Source: a virus (Duplodnaviria > Caudoviricetes). Taken from it: a DNA stretch of 64,000 nucleotides. This document shows, in pieces, positions 19,842-29,064 of this stretch (the first letter of the stretch is position 1; every line of letters begins with the position of its first letter). The notes beneath the pieces were generated by a model. The model ran no database searches and was not told where the DNA came from. It saw only the letters and a list, made by a program, of their open reading frames with translations. The translations under genes and the position numbers were made by a program. Location: IMG/VR virus record IMGVR_UViG_3300029288_000107, positions 40,813 to 104,812 of that record; one strand, 5' to 3'.

Positions 19842-20552
19842 GTGGGCACCGAGGCGGAGATCATCCTGTTCGTGCAGCGCACGCTGGGATCGACCGTGGT
19901 GGACTGCGAGCTGACCACGGATCAGGCGGCGGAGGCCGTGACGTCGGCCAAGATGTGGTACGCGCACTACATCGGGCAGTACAAGAGCACGACCATCACG
20001 CTGACCTCGGGCCTGACGGAGTACGCGGTGCCCACCGACTGCGATGCGATTGTGGAGGTCGTGAGCGACGCGGCGGACTCCGTGCTGACGTGGGGCGGGT
20101 TCGACATCCCGGTCAACTTGACGCCCATCCTGCCGCGCGTGGGGGCCGGGTCGGGCTACATCTCGGACCTGACGCAGATGCTCCAGTATACGGGGGCCAT
20201 CCGGCGCACCGTGGCGCGGGACCAGGACTGGTACTACGACGAGGCGCGGCGGATCCTCGTCATCACGCCGACCACGAGCGGCGCCTCCATGGTGCGCATC
20301 TGGTACATGGCCAACACGGTCGACGTGCAGCTGCTCAAGTACTACGAGTTTGGGCTGGTGCGGGAGTACGCGCTGGCGCAGGCCATGGAGAACCTGGGCA
20401 ACATCCGCAGCAAGTACAGCGAGATGCCGGGCGCGGCGGGAGGCTTCTCCATGAACGGGGATCTGCTGGCGAGCAACGCCATGACGCGGAAGCAGGAACT
20501 GACCGACCAGCTGCTGAAGCTCCAGCCGCCGGTTGGCTTCATCAAGGGGTGA
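19842..20552 (+). CDS. neck/head-tail adaptor, T4 gp13-like
   Basis: LGSTVVDCELT..Q, YALA, LGNIRSKY, NGD.L, C-terminal PPVGFIKG. Confidence 0.85.
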   Translation: MGTEAEIILFVQRTLGSTVVDCELTTDQAAEAVTSAKMWYAHYIGQYKSTTITLTSGLTEYAVPTDCDAIVEVVSDAADSVLTWGGFDIPVNLTPILPRVGAGSGYISDLTQMLQYTGAIRRTVARDQDWYYDEARRILVITPTTSGASMVRIWYMANTVDVQLLKYYEFGLVREYALAQAMENLGNIRSKYSEMPGAAGGFSMNGDLLASNAMTRKQELTDQLLKLQPPVGFIKG

Positions 20553-20556
20553 TCGC

Positions 20557-20940
20557 ATGAAGACGGTAAGGGATCTGATGGAGGGCACGGGCGAGGGGGT
20601 CGAGTTCTCCGCGTTGCAGAACGAGATTGCGGTCAAGTTCCTCGGGGCGGCGGCCAAGGCCATCAAGGCGTTCGCCAAGGGGCACGTGACGAAGGCGGAG
20701 GTGAACGAGGGGCGGAACCACGCCGCGACCTACCTGTCCGTGGAGGCCACGACGCTTGGCGACATCGAGTTCTCGTGGACCTGCCAGATCATGGTCGTGG
20801 ACACGTTCGCGTGCGAGCTGCACGCCATGACGAATCGGGCCGACGAGCGGCGCACCGTCGACAGCAAGATGCGGCTCGCGATGGGGGAGTGCACCCCGGC
20901 GAAGGTCGTGGAACTGTTCAAGCAGGCGTACGGGATCTAG
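20557..20940 (+). CDS. hypothetical protein, candidate head cargo
   Basis: Leader MKTVRDLMEG. Confidence 0.7.
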   Translation: MKTVRDLMEGTGEGVEFSALQNEIAVKFLGAAAKAIKAFAKGHVTKAEVNEGRNHAATYLSVEATTLGDIEFSWTCQIMVVDTFACELHAMTNRADERRTVDSKMRLAMGECTPAKVVELFKQAYGI

Positions 20941-20972
20941 CGCGCACGAGCGTGTGCGATTAGGAGAGGATC

Positions 20973-22499
20973 ATGGACGAGCGGCAACCGATCGATGAGG
21001 CCAAGTTTCCAGCGGCGGGCAAGGGCATGGAGTGGGGCGAGAAGGAGCCGGTCGCGCCGGAGACGTTGCCGTCGTTCGTGGAGAAGTTGAAGCGGGACGA
21101 GGGCATGTTCGTGCTCGCCACCTACACGCGCATGACGTGGTTCGACCGCAAGGCGTGGGAAGCGTGGGAGCGGACCGGCAAGCTGATGATCAAGGTGGCC
21201 AAGGACGGACGGAACTTCTGGACGTTGGAGGGGCGTGGCGTCAAGTACGTGTTCACGCAGCCGACGTCGATCTTCTGGTTGCCACGGCAGCCGGTGGAGG
21301 AGAGCATGGACGCGAACGACATGCGGAGTTGGATCGATCGGTGCGCGGGCATCGAGGTGGCGGCGGTGGCGGAGGCGGTGCGGCCGCTCGGGGGGCTGGA
21401 CGTGGCGGCGGCGGACGACGAGGTGCAGATCCACTTCGAGAGCGCGGCCGACGCGCAGCTGGTCTACGACTTCCTGATCGGGGCGGGCACTGGCGTCCGG
21501 CTGCTGGAGCCCGGCGAGGTGCAGCTGCGGGTCATCGAGGGATGGGACCAGTGCACGGTGGCGTTCGCGCCGCACGTGCGGTACCTCAAGCCGGAGATCA
21601 TCGCGGCCGTGCTGGAGGCGTTTGCCGACCGCATCCACGAGGCGGCGTGGGATGCCGCGCAGCGCGACCTCGCGGAGGAGGTGCAGGCGCTCCAGGAGTT
21701 CAACCCGTACCACGACAAGCAGGGCAACTTCGGGTCCAAGGCGGGGCTGGCGGCGGCCAAGGCGGGCTCCTACAGCAAGGGGAGCCGCAAGAACAAGGTC
21801 AGCGGCAAGACCAAGAAGGGCCTCAAGCTGGTGGCCACCAAGTTGCCGTGCGGGCGCGACGCGCGGGACTCGGGCCGGAACCAGCGATGCTGGGACGGCG
21901 CGAAGCTGGACTGGACGGGGCAGGCCGCGGCGCGCGTGCTCAAGAAGGCCAAGGCGCAGGGCAAGATCCACGATGCGGTCACGGCGTACGACCGTGCGAT
22001 CCTGGAGCGGGCGGCGCGGGCGCTGGACGCGCGAGCGGCGATGATGGACGAGGCGGCGGGCGCCAAGAAGCTGCGTACAGCGGTCAGCACGGCCTACAAC
22101 AAGTACTTCGAGAACGTGCCGGTGGACATCTTCGCGATCGGCAAGATCGGCAAGGAGATCGAGGCGCTGATCGTGGCGGGCAAGGACCTGGACGCGGAGA
22201 TGCCCGCGATCGTGAAGAAGTACCGGAAGGAAGAGTCGGATGGGCGCTCCGTGCGGGACCTGCTGAGCGAGCTGGGCGGGCAGACCTTCGGGGGGCGGCG
22301 CGGGGGCCGTGATCCGTACTGGATGGCCGCCAAGTACGCGGGAAAGGACAAGAACGGGACGCCGTTCCGGAAGGGCGACCAGGTCTTCTACTACCCGAAC
22401 ACGAAGACGGTGCTGGCTGGCGACGCGGCGGAGAAGGCGGCGGCGGAGTTCCAGGGGGCCAAGGACGACGAGCGGCAGTACAACTACGGCATGGAGTAG
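20973..22499 (+). CDS. multidomain hypothetical protein, candidate protease-processed polyprotein
   Basis: Segments separated by IDEA, VEES, LQEF, MDEA, LSEL; FNPYHDKQGNF motif. Confidence 0.7.
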   Translation: MDERQPIDEAKFPAAGKGMEWGEKEPVAPETLPSFVEKLKRDEGMFVLATYTRMTWFDRKAWEAWERTGKLMIKVAKDGRNFWTLEGRGVKYVFTQPTSIFWLPRQPVEESMDANDMRSWIDRCAGIEVAAVAEAVRPLGGLDVAAADDEVQIHFESAADAQLVYDFLIGAGTGVRLLEPGEVQLRVIEGWDQCTVAFAPHVRYLKPEIIAAVLEAFADRIHEAAWDAAQRDLAEEVQALQEFNPYHDKQGNFGSKAGLAAAKAGSYSKGSRKNKVSGKTKKGLKLVATKLPCGRDARDSGRNQRCWDGAKLDWTGQAAARVLKKAKAQGKIHDAVTAYDRAILERAARALDARAAMMDEAAGAKKLRTAVSTAYNKYFENVPVDIFAIGKIGKEIEALIVAGKDLDAEMPAIVKKYRKEESDGRSVRDLLSELGGQTFGGRRGGRDPYWMAAKYAGKDKNGTPFRKGDQVFYYPNTKTVLAGDAAEKAAAEFQGAKDDERQYNYGME

Positions 22500-22502
22500 G
22501 TC

Positions 22503-23015
22503 ATGACGGTGCGCGTCTGGGGCGAGCAGGATCGGGTGATCCTGCGGCGGTGGGAGGCCGAGCGGAACGAGCTGATCGGGCCGACGGCGCTCTACTACAG
22601 TCTGGTCCGGGGGGCGCATGTGGATCCGTTGTACCAGGAGCCCGTAGCCGACCCGCTGTACGGGGGCCCGCCGACGGGCACGGGGGCCCGGCACACCGAC
22701 GCGTTCGAGTACGTGGGGCCGTACAGCGTCATCGTGGCCGTGCTGTTCGAGCGGTCCTCGGGCCGCACCGTGCAGGCCGACGAGACCGGCGTGGAGGCGA
22801 TGTACGACGGCGAGGTCTACGTGGCCCGCGACGAGTGGGAAGGCAAGGTGACGAGCGGGGTGCCCAAGGAGGCCGACGTGCTGTTCGTCAACAACGAGTG
22901 GTGGGACGTCATCGCGGCCAACACGGGCGGCCACGTCACGGACAGCGGGCACTTCGTGGGGTGGAAGCTTCAGGTCAAGAAGCGGGATCGGTTCGAACCG
23001 AACCGGAAGGTCTGA
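22503..23015 (+). CDS. head closure/neck protein, T4 gp14-like
   Basis: HVDPLYQE, PKEADV..W; synteny. Confidence 0.65.
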   Translation: MTVRVWGEQDRVILRRWEAERNELIGPTALYYSLVRGAHVDPLYQEPVADPLYGGPPTGTGARHTDAFEYVGPYSVIVAVLFERSSGRTVQADETGVEAMYDGEVYVARDEWEGKVTSGVPKEADVLFVNNEWWDVIAANTGGHVTDSGHFVGWKLQVKKRDRFEPNRKV

Positions 23016-23025
23016 GGAGGGCAGC

Positions 23026-23328
23026 ATGAAGGTGCGGGATCTGATCGAAGTTGATCAGGGGCGTGACATTTGGATGGCGGGCATCGAGGAGATCGAGGGC
23101 CTGACCGGGCGGAACCAGCACGCGGAGGCGCTGCTGGCCAAGGCGAAGATGCTGCGGGCGCGCCGCGAGATGGCCGTCATCGCGCTGATCCAGAAGATCC
23201 AGGACGTGGAAGGCGAGATGCCCGAAGAGTTGCAGCGCTACAAGAACGCGATCGGCAAGCGGCTGGACGCGGCGGCCAAGAACAAGGTGCCCGCAGATCT
23301 GCTGGATCGCTTCGTGCGGGCAGCGTGA
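23026..23328 (+). CDS. hypothetical protein, candidate head cargo
   Basis: Leader MKVRDLIE; SD GAGGAGG. Confidence 0.7.
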   Translation: MKVRDLIEVDQGRDIWMAGIEEIEGLTGRNQHAEALLAKAKMLRARREMAVIALIQKIQDVEGEMPEELQRYKNAIGKRLDAAAKNKVPADLLDRFVRAA

Positions 23329-23339
23329 GGAGCGTGGCG

Positions 23340-23534
23340 ATGCGTCGGGTGGTAGCAATAGTAGTGGTGGCGGTGCTGGCGGCGGCCTGCGCGAGCCCGG
23401 CGCTGGAGTACGCGCGGGCGCGCAACCCGCACTGCCGGGTGACGCCGCTGGAGGATCGGGGCGACGCGGTGCGGGTGCAGATCGCGTGCCCGGACGAGGA
23501 GCCGTTCGAGCGGACGTACCGGAGTGGGCGGTAG
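23340..23534 (+). CDS. small lipoprotein
   Basis: MRR, hydrophobic stretch, LAAAC lipobox. Confidence 0.65.
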   Translation: MRRVVAIVVVAVLAAACASPALEYARARNPHCRVTPLEDRGDAVRVQIACPDEEPFERTYRSGR

Positions 23535-23537
23535 CCC

Positions 23538-24392
23538 ATGCCCCTGCTGCTGAGCATCGACGGCGGCGGCGCGTTGGGCATCGGGCCCTGCGAGCTGCTG
23601 GCACGGCTGGAGGAGGCGCAGGGGCGGCTGTTGCCGGACGCCTACGCGGGGACGTCAGTGGGGGCGCTGCTGGCGGCCCTGGCGGCGACGGGGCGGCCCT
23701 GGAGCCACGTGCGGGAGATCTTCATGCGGGAGTGCCCCGGCATCTTCGAGCGGCCGTCGTGGGCGTGGCGGATGAACCCGTGGCGGCCCCGGTACGACGG
23801 TCGGGCGCTGCGGCGGGCCGCGCAGACCTACTTCCAGGACCAGCGGATGTGCGAGGTTGAGGTGCCGATCTTCCTGACCAGCTTCGACTTCCACACGGGG
23901 CGGCCCAAGGTCTGGGATCGGGGCGACGCCACGCCGATCTGGCGGGCCGTGCTGTGCAGCGCGGCGGCGCCGACCTACTTCCACATCGTGGAGGGGCGCT
24001 ACGGGGACGGTGGACTGGTGGCCAACAACCCGGCCATGGTCGGCTTGGCAGGCTGCGCGGCCAAGGAGAGTTGGGATCTGCGGACCGCGCGCTGCCTGAG
24101 CCTGGGCACGAACGGCGACGCGTGGCGGGACCCCAAGGTGGCGCACCGGACGTTGCTGGGCTGGCTGCGGCCGCTGCTGGCGACCTTCATGGAAGGCAAC
24201 GAGGAGCTGGCAGACTTCGAGGCGCGGGCCGTGCTGGGCGACCGTCTGCGGCGCGTGGAGCCCGCGCTGCGGCACGAGGTCAAGATGGACGACGTGGCGG
24301 CGGCGCTGGGCCCGTACCGGCAGCGCTGGGTCGACCTGTGGCACGCGGAGAAGGACGCGATCCTGCTGTGGCTGCGGCGCACGGCGACGTAG
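23538..24392 (+). CDS. patatin-like phospholipase
   Basis: SIDGGG, GTSVG, SAAAPTYF, DGGLVANNP, LSLGT. Confidence 0.93.
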   Translation: MPLLLSIDGGGALGIGPCELLARLEEAQGRLLPDAYAGTSVGALLAALAATGRPWSHVREIFMRECPGIFERPSWAWRMNPWRPRYDGRALRRAAQTYFQDQRMCEVEVPIFLTSFDFHTGRPKVWDRGDATPIWRAVLCSAAAPTYFHIVEGRYGDGGLVANNPAMVGLAGCAAKESWDLRTARCLSLGTNGDAWRDPKVAHRTLLGWLRPLLATFMEGNEELADFEARAVLGDRLRRVEPALRHEVKMDDVAAALGPYRQRWVDLWHAEKDAILLWLRRTAT

Positions 24393-24416
24393 GCGGAAGA
24401 CAAGGCTGAGGAGGTT

Positions 24417-25039
24417 GTGATGGTGGACGTGGCAGAGGGCGAGAAATCCTGCGAAAAGTTCGAGTTGGCGGGTGGTCGCGCCGTGCTGTGGCGTGGCGAC
24501 TGCCTGGACGTGCTGCGGGCGATGCCGGACGCCAGCGTGGACAGCATCGTGACGGACCCCCCGTATGGGCTGTCAGCGCACTCAGCGGAGGCCGTGGCGG
24601 CCTGCCTGCGGGCGTGGGTGGACGGCGAGGAGTACGTGCCGCGCGCCAAGGGTGGCTTCATGCAAAAAACGTGGGACGCCTGGGTGCCCGGCCCGGAGGT
24701 CTGGCGCGAGGTGATCCGTGTACTGAAGAACAGGCAGAGGTTGGGGTGGCGCGTGGTCTTCGCAGCAATAATCACCCGACCGTGAAGGCCACGGCGCTCA
24801 TGCGCTACCTCGTGCGGTTGGTGACGCCACCCGATGGAACGGTCTGCGATCCGTTTGCGGGCAGCGGATCCACGGGCAAGGCGGCCCTGCTGGAGGGGTT
24901 CCGGTTCGTCGGCATAGATCAGGAGGCCGAGTACGTGGAGATCGCGAAGGCGCGGATCGAACATGCGGCGCGGATGGCAGTAGATGCGCAGGAGAAGGAA
25001 GTGGCAGCGCAGCAAAGGCAGACGGAGCTGTTCGGATGA
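24417..25039 (+). pseudogene. N4/N6 DNA methyltransferase, internally deleted and frameshifted
   Basis: GDCL...VTDPPY...RVLK in one frame; NHPTVK...DPFAGSGSTG in the -1 frame; central part missing. Confidence 0.8.
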
Positions 25040-25380
25040 GGGCCAAGATCTACTGGTTCTGCACGACGTGCGAGCGGCTGCCAGCAGGCGGCGAGTGCGA
25101 CCAGCCGATCTGCCACGGGCCCATCGCGGGGGGCTGGTTCCCGGCGTACCGTGGCCCGCTGCGGAAGGCTGGAGATTACGCGCACCAGTGGTGCTTCATG
25201 TGCGGTCAGCCCGCGACGGCGGCCGTGCGGGTGGCGGATCACTACATGGGGGTCTGCGCGACGCACATCAACCACCTGCGCACGCGCGTGCGTCGGGAGG
25301 GGGGGCAGGTGCGGGACGTCTTCATGCGCGAGCAGAACGGCGTGTGGGGCTGCCTCGACGACGAGTTGCGGCCCCGTTGA
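25036..25380 (+). CDS. Cys/His-rich zinc-binding hypothetical protein
   Basis: CxxC x2 and CxxH; its stop codon is supplied by the IS end. Confidence 0.7.
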   Translation: MRAKIYWFCTTCERLPAGGECDQPICHGPIAGGWFPAYRGPLRKAGDYAHQWCFMCGQPATAAVRVADHYMGVCATHINHLRTRVRREGGQVRDVFMREQNGVWGCLDDELRPR

Positions 25381-25530
25381 CATCCACCGTCCGCTAAAGC
25401 GGGCGGATTCCTGGTGAAACGTGAGAAGCACGAGACAGAGCAGGTTGGTTCACGGTTCTACGGATGCTGCGCTTGGCGGCCTTGGCCGCTTTGCGTCTAA
25501 CGCTTCCTCCCCGTGCAGCAACGGAGTGTC
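25361..25530 (-). ncRNA. putative omegaRNA (reRNA); predicted guide begins CGGGGCCGCAACTCGT
   Basis: Inferred from the known position over the tnpB 3' end and right end; 5' boundary approximate. Confidence 0.55.
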
Positions 25531-26706
25531 CCTCCGCCAGAATGTTCTTCGATGCGTTCTTGTCGCGATCATGTACGGACCCGCACTCGGGGCACGACCA
25601 TTCGCGGACGGAGAGCGGCAGACGTTCTACGATATGCCCGCAGTCGTGGCACCGTTTGCTGGACGGGAAGAAGCGATCCACCTTGACGAGCGTCTTCCCG
25701 TAGCGGTCGCATTTGTACTCCGTCAAGCGCGCAAACTGACCCATTGCGGCGTCACTGAGAGCGCGAGCGAGGCAGTGGTTGCGGACCATGCCGCGCACGT
25801 TCAGGTCTTCAATGCAGATCAGATCGAACCGTCGCACGATGTCGGTCGTGATCTTGTGCATGTGGTCGAGTCGAGAGTCGGAGATCTGAGACTGGATACG
25901 AGCGACACGGAGACGTTGTTGTTCCCTGCGATGACTTCCTTTCTTGCGCCGCGCGAGCACGCGCTGCTCCTTAGCGAGCTTCTTGAGCTTCGATTGCAGC
26001 AGTCGCGGATTGGCGATGTGCTCGCCGTTGGAGAGAGTGGCCAAGCGATTGATGCCAAGATCGATGCCGACGGACTCACCTGTTTTCGGAAGCGGACTAA
26101 CCGGTTCATCGAGAACCAACGTGACGAAGTACCGTCCGTCACTGCGCTTGGTTATCGTCGCAGTGGTGGGCGAACTCACGAAGGTTCTGGACCAGTGAAC
26201 ATCGAGTCGCCCAAGTTTGGCGACAGTCAGGTTGCGGTTGGTGGCGTCCCACTTGAAGGCGCTCAGCGTGTACTCAGCGGCCTGCGGTCCGTGCTTTTTC
26301 TTGAACGACGGATAGGCGGAGCGCTTGTCGAAGAAGTTGCGGAGCGCGGTCTGGAGATGCCGGAGTGCTTGTTGCGTTGGGACGCAGGAAATCTCCTTGA
26401 GCCACGCGGTCCGTTGTTGCTTCTTGAGATCGGTGAGTGCAGCCGAGGAGGAATTGTAGTTGATGTTCTGCCCTGCGTCCTGGTAGGCATCGGTGCGAGC
26501 GCGGAGAGCCCAATTGTAGACGAATCGGCAGGCCCCAAAGGTGCGCGCCAGTACTCGCTCTTGAGGCGGGGTGGGATAGAATCGAAATCTGTAACGCATC
26601 TTCACAATTCAGAGTATGCTCGCGTAATGTCGCGCGAACAAGAGAAAAGAAAGGGGAGCGCCATTCCTCCGTCGGCTAAACCCGACGGTCTCCTGGCGCT
26701 AATCCG
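25377..26706 (-). mobile_element. IS200/IS605-family TnpB-only element (IS1341-like)
   Basis: Right end GAAT-hairpin(CCGCCCGC TTTA GCGGACGG)-TCAA; left end GAGA-hairpin(CCGTCGG GTTTAG CCGACGG); TCAT flank; lower GC; no tnpA. Confidence 0.9.
25394..26605 (-). CDS. tnpB: TnpB RNA-guided endonuclease
   Basis: YRFRFYPT HTH, RuvC GIDLG / IEDL / DRD, zinc finger CHDC..CPEC. Confidence 0.95.
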   Translation of the reverse strand: MKMRYRFRFYPTPPQERVLARTFGACRFVYNWALRARTDAYQDAGQNINYNSSSAALTDLKKQQRTAWLKEISCVPTQQALRHLQTALRNFFDKRSAYPSFKKKHGPQAAEYTLSAFKWDATNRNLTVAKLGRLDVHWSRTFVSSPTTATITKRSDGRYFVTLVLDEPVSPLPKTGESVGIDLGINRLATLSNGEHIANPRLLQSKLKKLAKEQRVLARRKKGSHRREQQRLRVARIQSQISDSRLDHMHKITTDIVRRFDLICIEDLNVRGMVRNHCLARALSDAAMGQFARLTEYKCDRYGKTLVKVDRFFPSSKRCHDCGHIVERLPLSVREWSCPECGSVHDRDKNASKNILAEGHSVAARGGSVRRKAAKAAKRSIRRTVNQPALSRASHVSPGIRPL

Positions 26707-27531
26707 ATGATCGGCATCACGCTCAACCGGCGGGACATGGCCCGCATCGACGGCATGCTGCGGGACGCGGACCGGCGCGTGCAGCGGGGCGAGGAGTTGT
26801 TCCTGCTGGAGTTGGCGGCGCTGCTGCGGCGCGAGGTGCAGGGGGCGGACCCCAAGGTGCCCGCCGGGGGGAAGGGGAAGGGGCGGACCTACAAGTACGC
26901 GAGCAAGCTCCGCATGGCGACGGTGGAGGGCATGCCGCGGGCCGAGGCGGCCGTGGCGGTCTGGTTGAAGGTGGCGGCGAGCGAGTTGAGGGCGGAGGAC
27001 GTGATGCGCACGGCGCTCATCGTGCGGCCCAAGGCGGCGGCGCCGGAGTACGTGCGGGTGCTGGCGCAGGCGGGCATCTGGCCCGCGGACCTGCTGCCCT
27101 TCCAGGTGCGGGCGGAGCAGGCCACCGTGGTGGCGCGCCACGTGCGGCCCGACGAGGCGCAGGCGCTGCGGCAGGGCATCTGGGCGCGGCGGCGGGAGAT
27201 CGCGGCGCAACTCACGAAGGCGGGAGCGCCCCCGTTCGAGTTGGGGAAGGGCAACGCGGCGGGCCAGCGCGTCTACGTGGACATCGCGTGGGAGGTGCTG
27301 CGCGGAGAGTTCGGCTGGGACGGGGCGCCCGCGCGGGTCGTGTGGCGGACCGCGCTCCAGAAGGTCATGGCGCACGTGCCGGTGGCGCTGCGCAAGGTGG
27401 GGGACTACCTGCTGGACGGCAAGGAGACCCGGTTTGACACGACGGAGGCGGACACCGTAGCATGGCGGAAGGTGAAGAGGGGCATGGAGTTCCAGAAGGT
27501 GCTCATGCCGTTCGTCAAAAAGAAGGTGTGA
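26707..27531 (+). CDS. hypothetical neck/tail completion protein
   Basis: Synteny; EFGW...WR motif near C-terminus. Confidence 0.55.
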   Translation: MIGITLNRRDMARIDGMLRDADRRVQRGEELFLLELAALLRREVQGADPKVPAGGKGKGRTYKYASKLRMATVEGMPRAEAAVAVWLKVAASELRAEDVMRTALIVRPKAAAPEYVRVLAQAGIWPADLLPFQVRAEQATVVARHVRPDEAQALRQGIWARRREIAAQLTKAGAPPFELGKGNAAGQRVYVDIAWEVLRGEFGWDGAPARVVWRTALQKVMAHVPVALRKVGDYLLDGKETRFDTTEADTVAWRKVKRGMEFQKVLMPFVKKKV

Positions 27532-27536
27532 GGGAC

Positions 27537-27737
27537 ATGGACGTCAACGAACTGACCAAGAGCATGCAGAAGATCGAGAACTACCTTCTCCGCGTGAAGG
27601 CGGACATGATGGAGGCGGCGGCCGACTGCGTCGGCGAGGGCTGCGACGGCGAGGACGAGGAGGACGAGGAGTCCGACGAGGGCGCCGCCGAGGACGAGGA
27701 AGAGGAAGAGGACGACGCCGAGGCCGAAGAGGACTGA
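27537..27737 (+). CDS. small very acidic protein
   Basis: Poly-D/E C-terminus after MMEA. Confidence 0.65.
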   Translation: MDVNELTKSMQKIENYLLRVKADMMEAAADCVGEGCDGEDEEDEESDEGAAEDEEEEEDDAEAEED

Positions 27738-27752
27738 TCGTCCGACCGCCCC

Positions 27753-28496
27753 ATGACCATCATCGGCACGGTGCAGCTGCGGGACTTCGACCGGGGCGTG
27801 GTCCGGCTGCTCGGCCCCGACGAGGTGACGTACAGTGTGGACGGGGCCGCGCGCAAGGCGTTTGCGGTCGCGGTGCCCGGCGTGGACACTGAGATCGCCA
27901 TCTACGGCGGCCGCGTGCCCGTGCAGTTCGTGAACCCCGAGGACGTGTACCAGCCTGCCATCGTGCCGTGCTACCGGGTCGCGCGGACCAGTGTGTCGCC
28001 CGCGTTCAACCGACAGCCCTGGTACACGCAGGCGGCCATCGCGGCGGCGCCGGGCGCGCGGGAGGTCATCCTGCCCAGCGGGGACCGCGGCTACAGCGGT
28101 TACGAGGAGCAGTGGCGGGCCACGCCGTTTGACGTGCAGTACGACCTCACGGTGTTGGGGCGACGGCAGGAGGACGCGCTGCGCATGCTGCTGCACGCGT
28201 TGCGCTGCTGCAAGCCGCCCTCGTGGCCCGTGGCCGTGGTTGACAGTATTGGGGACACCCGACAGTATGATGCTGTCGACCTCGGGGTAGACGACGTTTC
28301 GGCGGTGGCCGACGTGGCGGACCGGGTCGTAGGGTGGACAATGAGCTTTACCGTGTGGGCCGAGTTCGATCTGGACGACACCGTGACGGGCACGGCCTTC
28401 ACGGGGGCATCGAGCCTGGACCCGCACGATCCGCTCTACAGCCGCCACGACCTGATCCTGCGGACGCATGTCGGGGTGGACCCGACGGACTGGTAG
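27753..28496 (+). CDS. tail terminator/sheath stabiliser, gp15-like
   Basis: PFDVQYDL motif; upstream of sheath. Confidence 0.65.
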   Translation: MTIIGTVQLRDFDRGVVRLLGPDEVTYSVDGAARKAFAVAVPGVDTEIAIYGGRVPVQFVNPEDVYQPAIVPCYRVARTSVSPAFNRQPWYTQAAIAAAPGAREVILPSGDRGYSGYEEQWRATPFDVQYDLTVLGRRQEDALRMLLHALRCCKPPSWPVAVVDSIGDTRQYDAVDLGVDDVSAVADVADRVVGWTMSFTVWAEFDLDDTVTGTAFTGASSLDPHDPLYSRHDLILRTHVGVDPTDW

Positions 28497-28525
28497 CGCA
28501 CGCGCGTGCGCGAGTGAGGGCACGG

Positions 28526-29062
28526 ATGCAGTACTGGAAGAACATCTCGGCGCGGGTGCAACCGGTTCCGGTAGGAAACGGCGACGTGGTCGCGGTGCGG
28601 CCGCAGGGCGAGGTGGAGGTTGTGGCGGAGTCGGCGGGGCTGCTGCGGCTGCGGGCGCAGGGCAAGATCGTGCGTACCGGGCGGCCCTTGCACCATGAGA
28701 AGGTGGCGCGGGGCAGCGTCGTGCAGGCGCCGGAGCGGCACCCGGTGAGCACGGAGTTCGCGCAGCACGTGGTGGAGCGCGGAGCGACGCAGACCAAGGC
28801 GGACATGCTGCGGGAGAACGAGATGCGCAAGGCGCAGCGGGCGGCGGCGGCGGCCGATGCGGCGCCGGTGAATCCGGAGGTGGTGCCGGTGGTACCGGTG
28901 GTGCCGGAGGCGGTCCCCGCAGCGGAGGCGCCGGTGGTGGTGCAGGTGGGGGACGCGCCGGTGGTGCCGGATCCCCCGAGCGCGATGGAAGATGGTACGG
29001 ATGGGCGGCGGTCGAGCAGGCGGCGACAACGGCACGGGACGAGCCGTAACGAGGAGAACTGA
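28526..29062 (+). CDS. hypothetical protein preceding sheath
   Basis: SD and ATG at 28526; P/V-rich tail. Confidence 0.6.
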   Translation: MQYWKNISARVQPVPVGNGDVVAVRPQGEVEVVAESAGLLRLRAQGKIVRTGRPLHHEKVARGSVVQAPERHPVSTEFAQHVVERGATQTKADMLRENEMRKAQRAAAAADAAPVNPEVVPVVPVVPEAVPAAEAPVVVQVGDAPVVPDPPSAMEDGTDGRRSSRRRQRHGTSRNEEN

Positions 29063-29064
29063 TC

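Noticed and set aside
24700-24790. Methyltransferase halves rejoined by the quadruplet tRNA at TGAA
   Set aside because: Joining needs a -1 shift, not +1, and central motifs are missing.
25421-26710. 429-aa plus-strand ORF across the IS
   Set aside because: Antisense shadow of tnpB.
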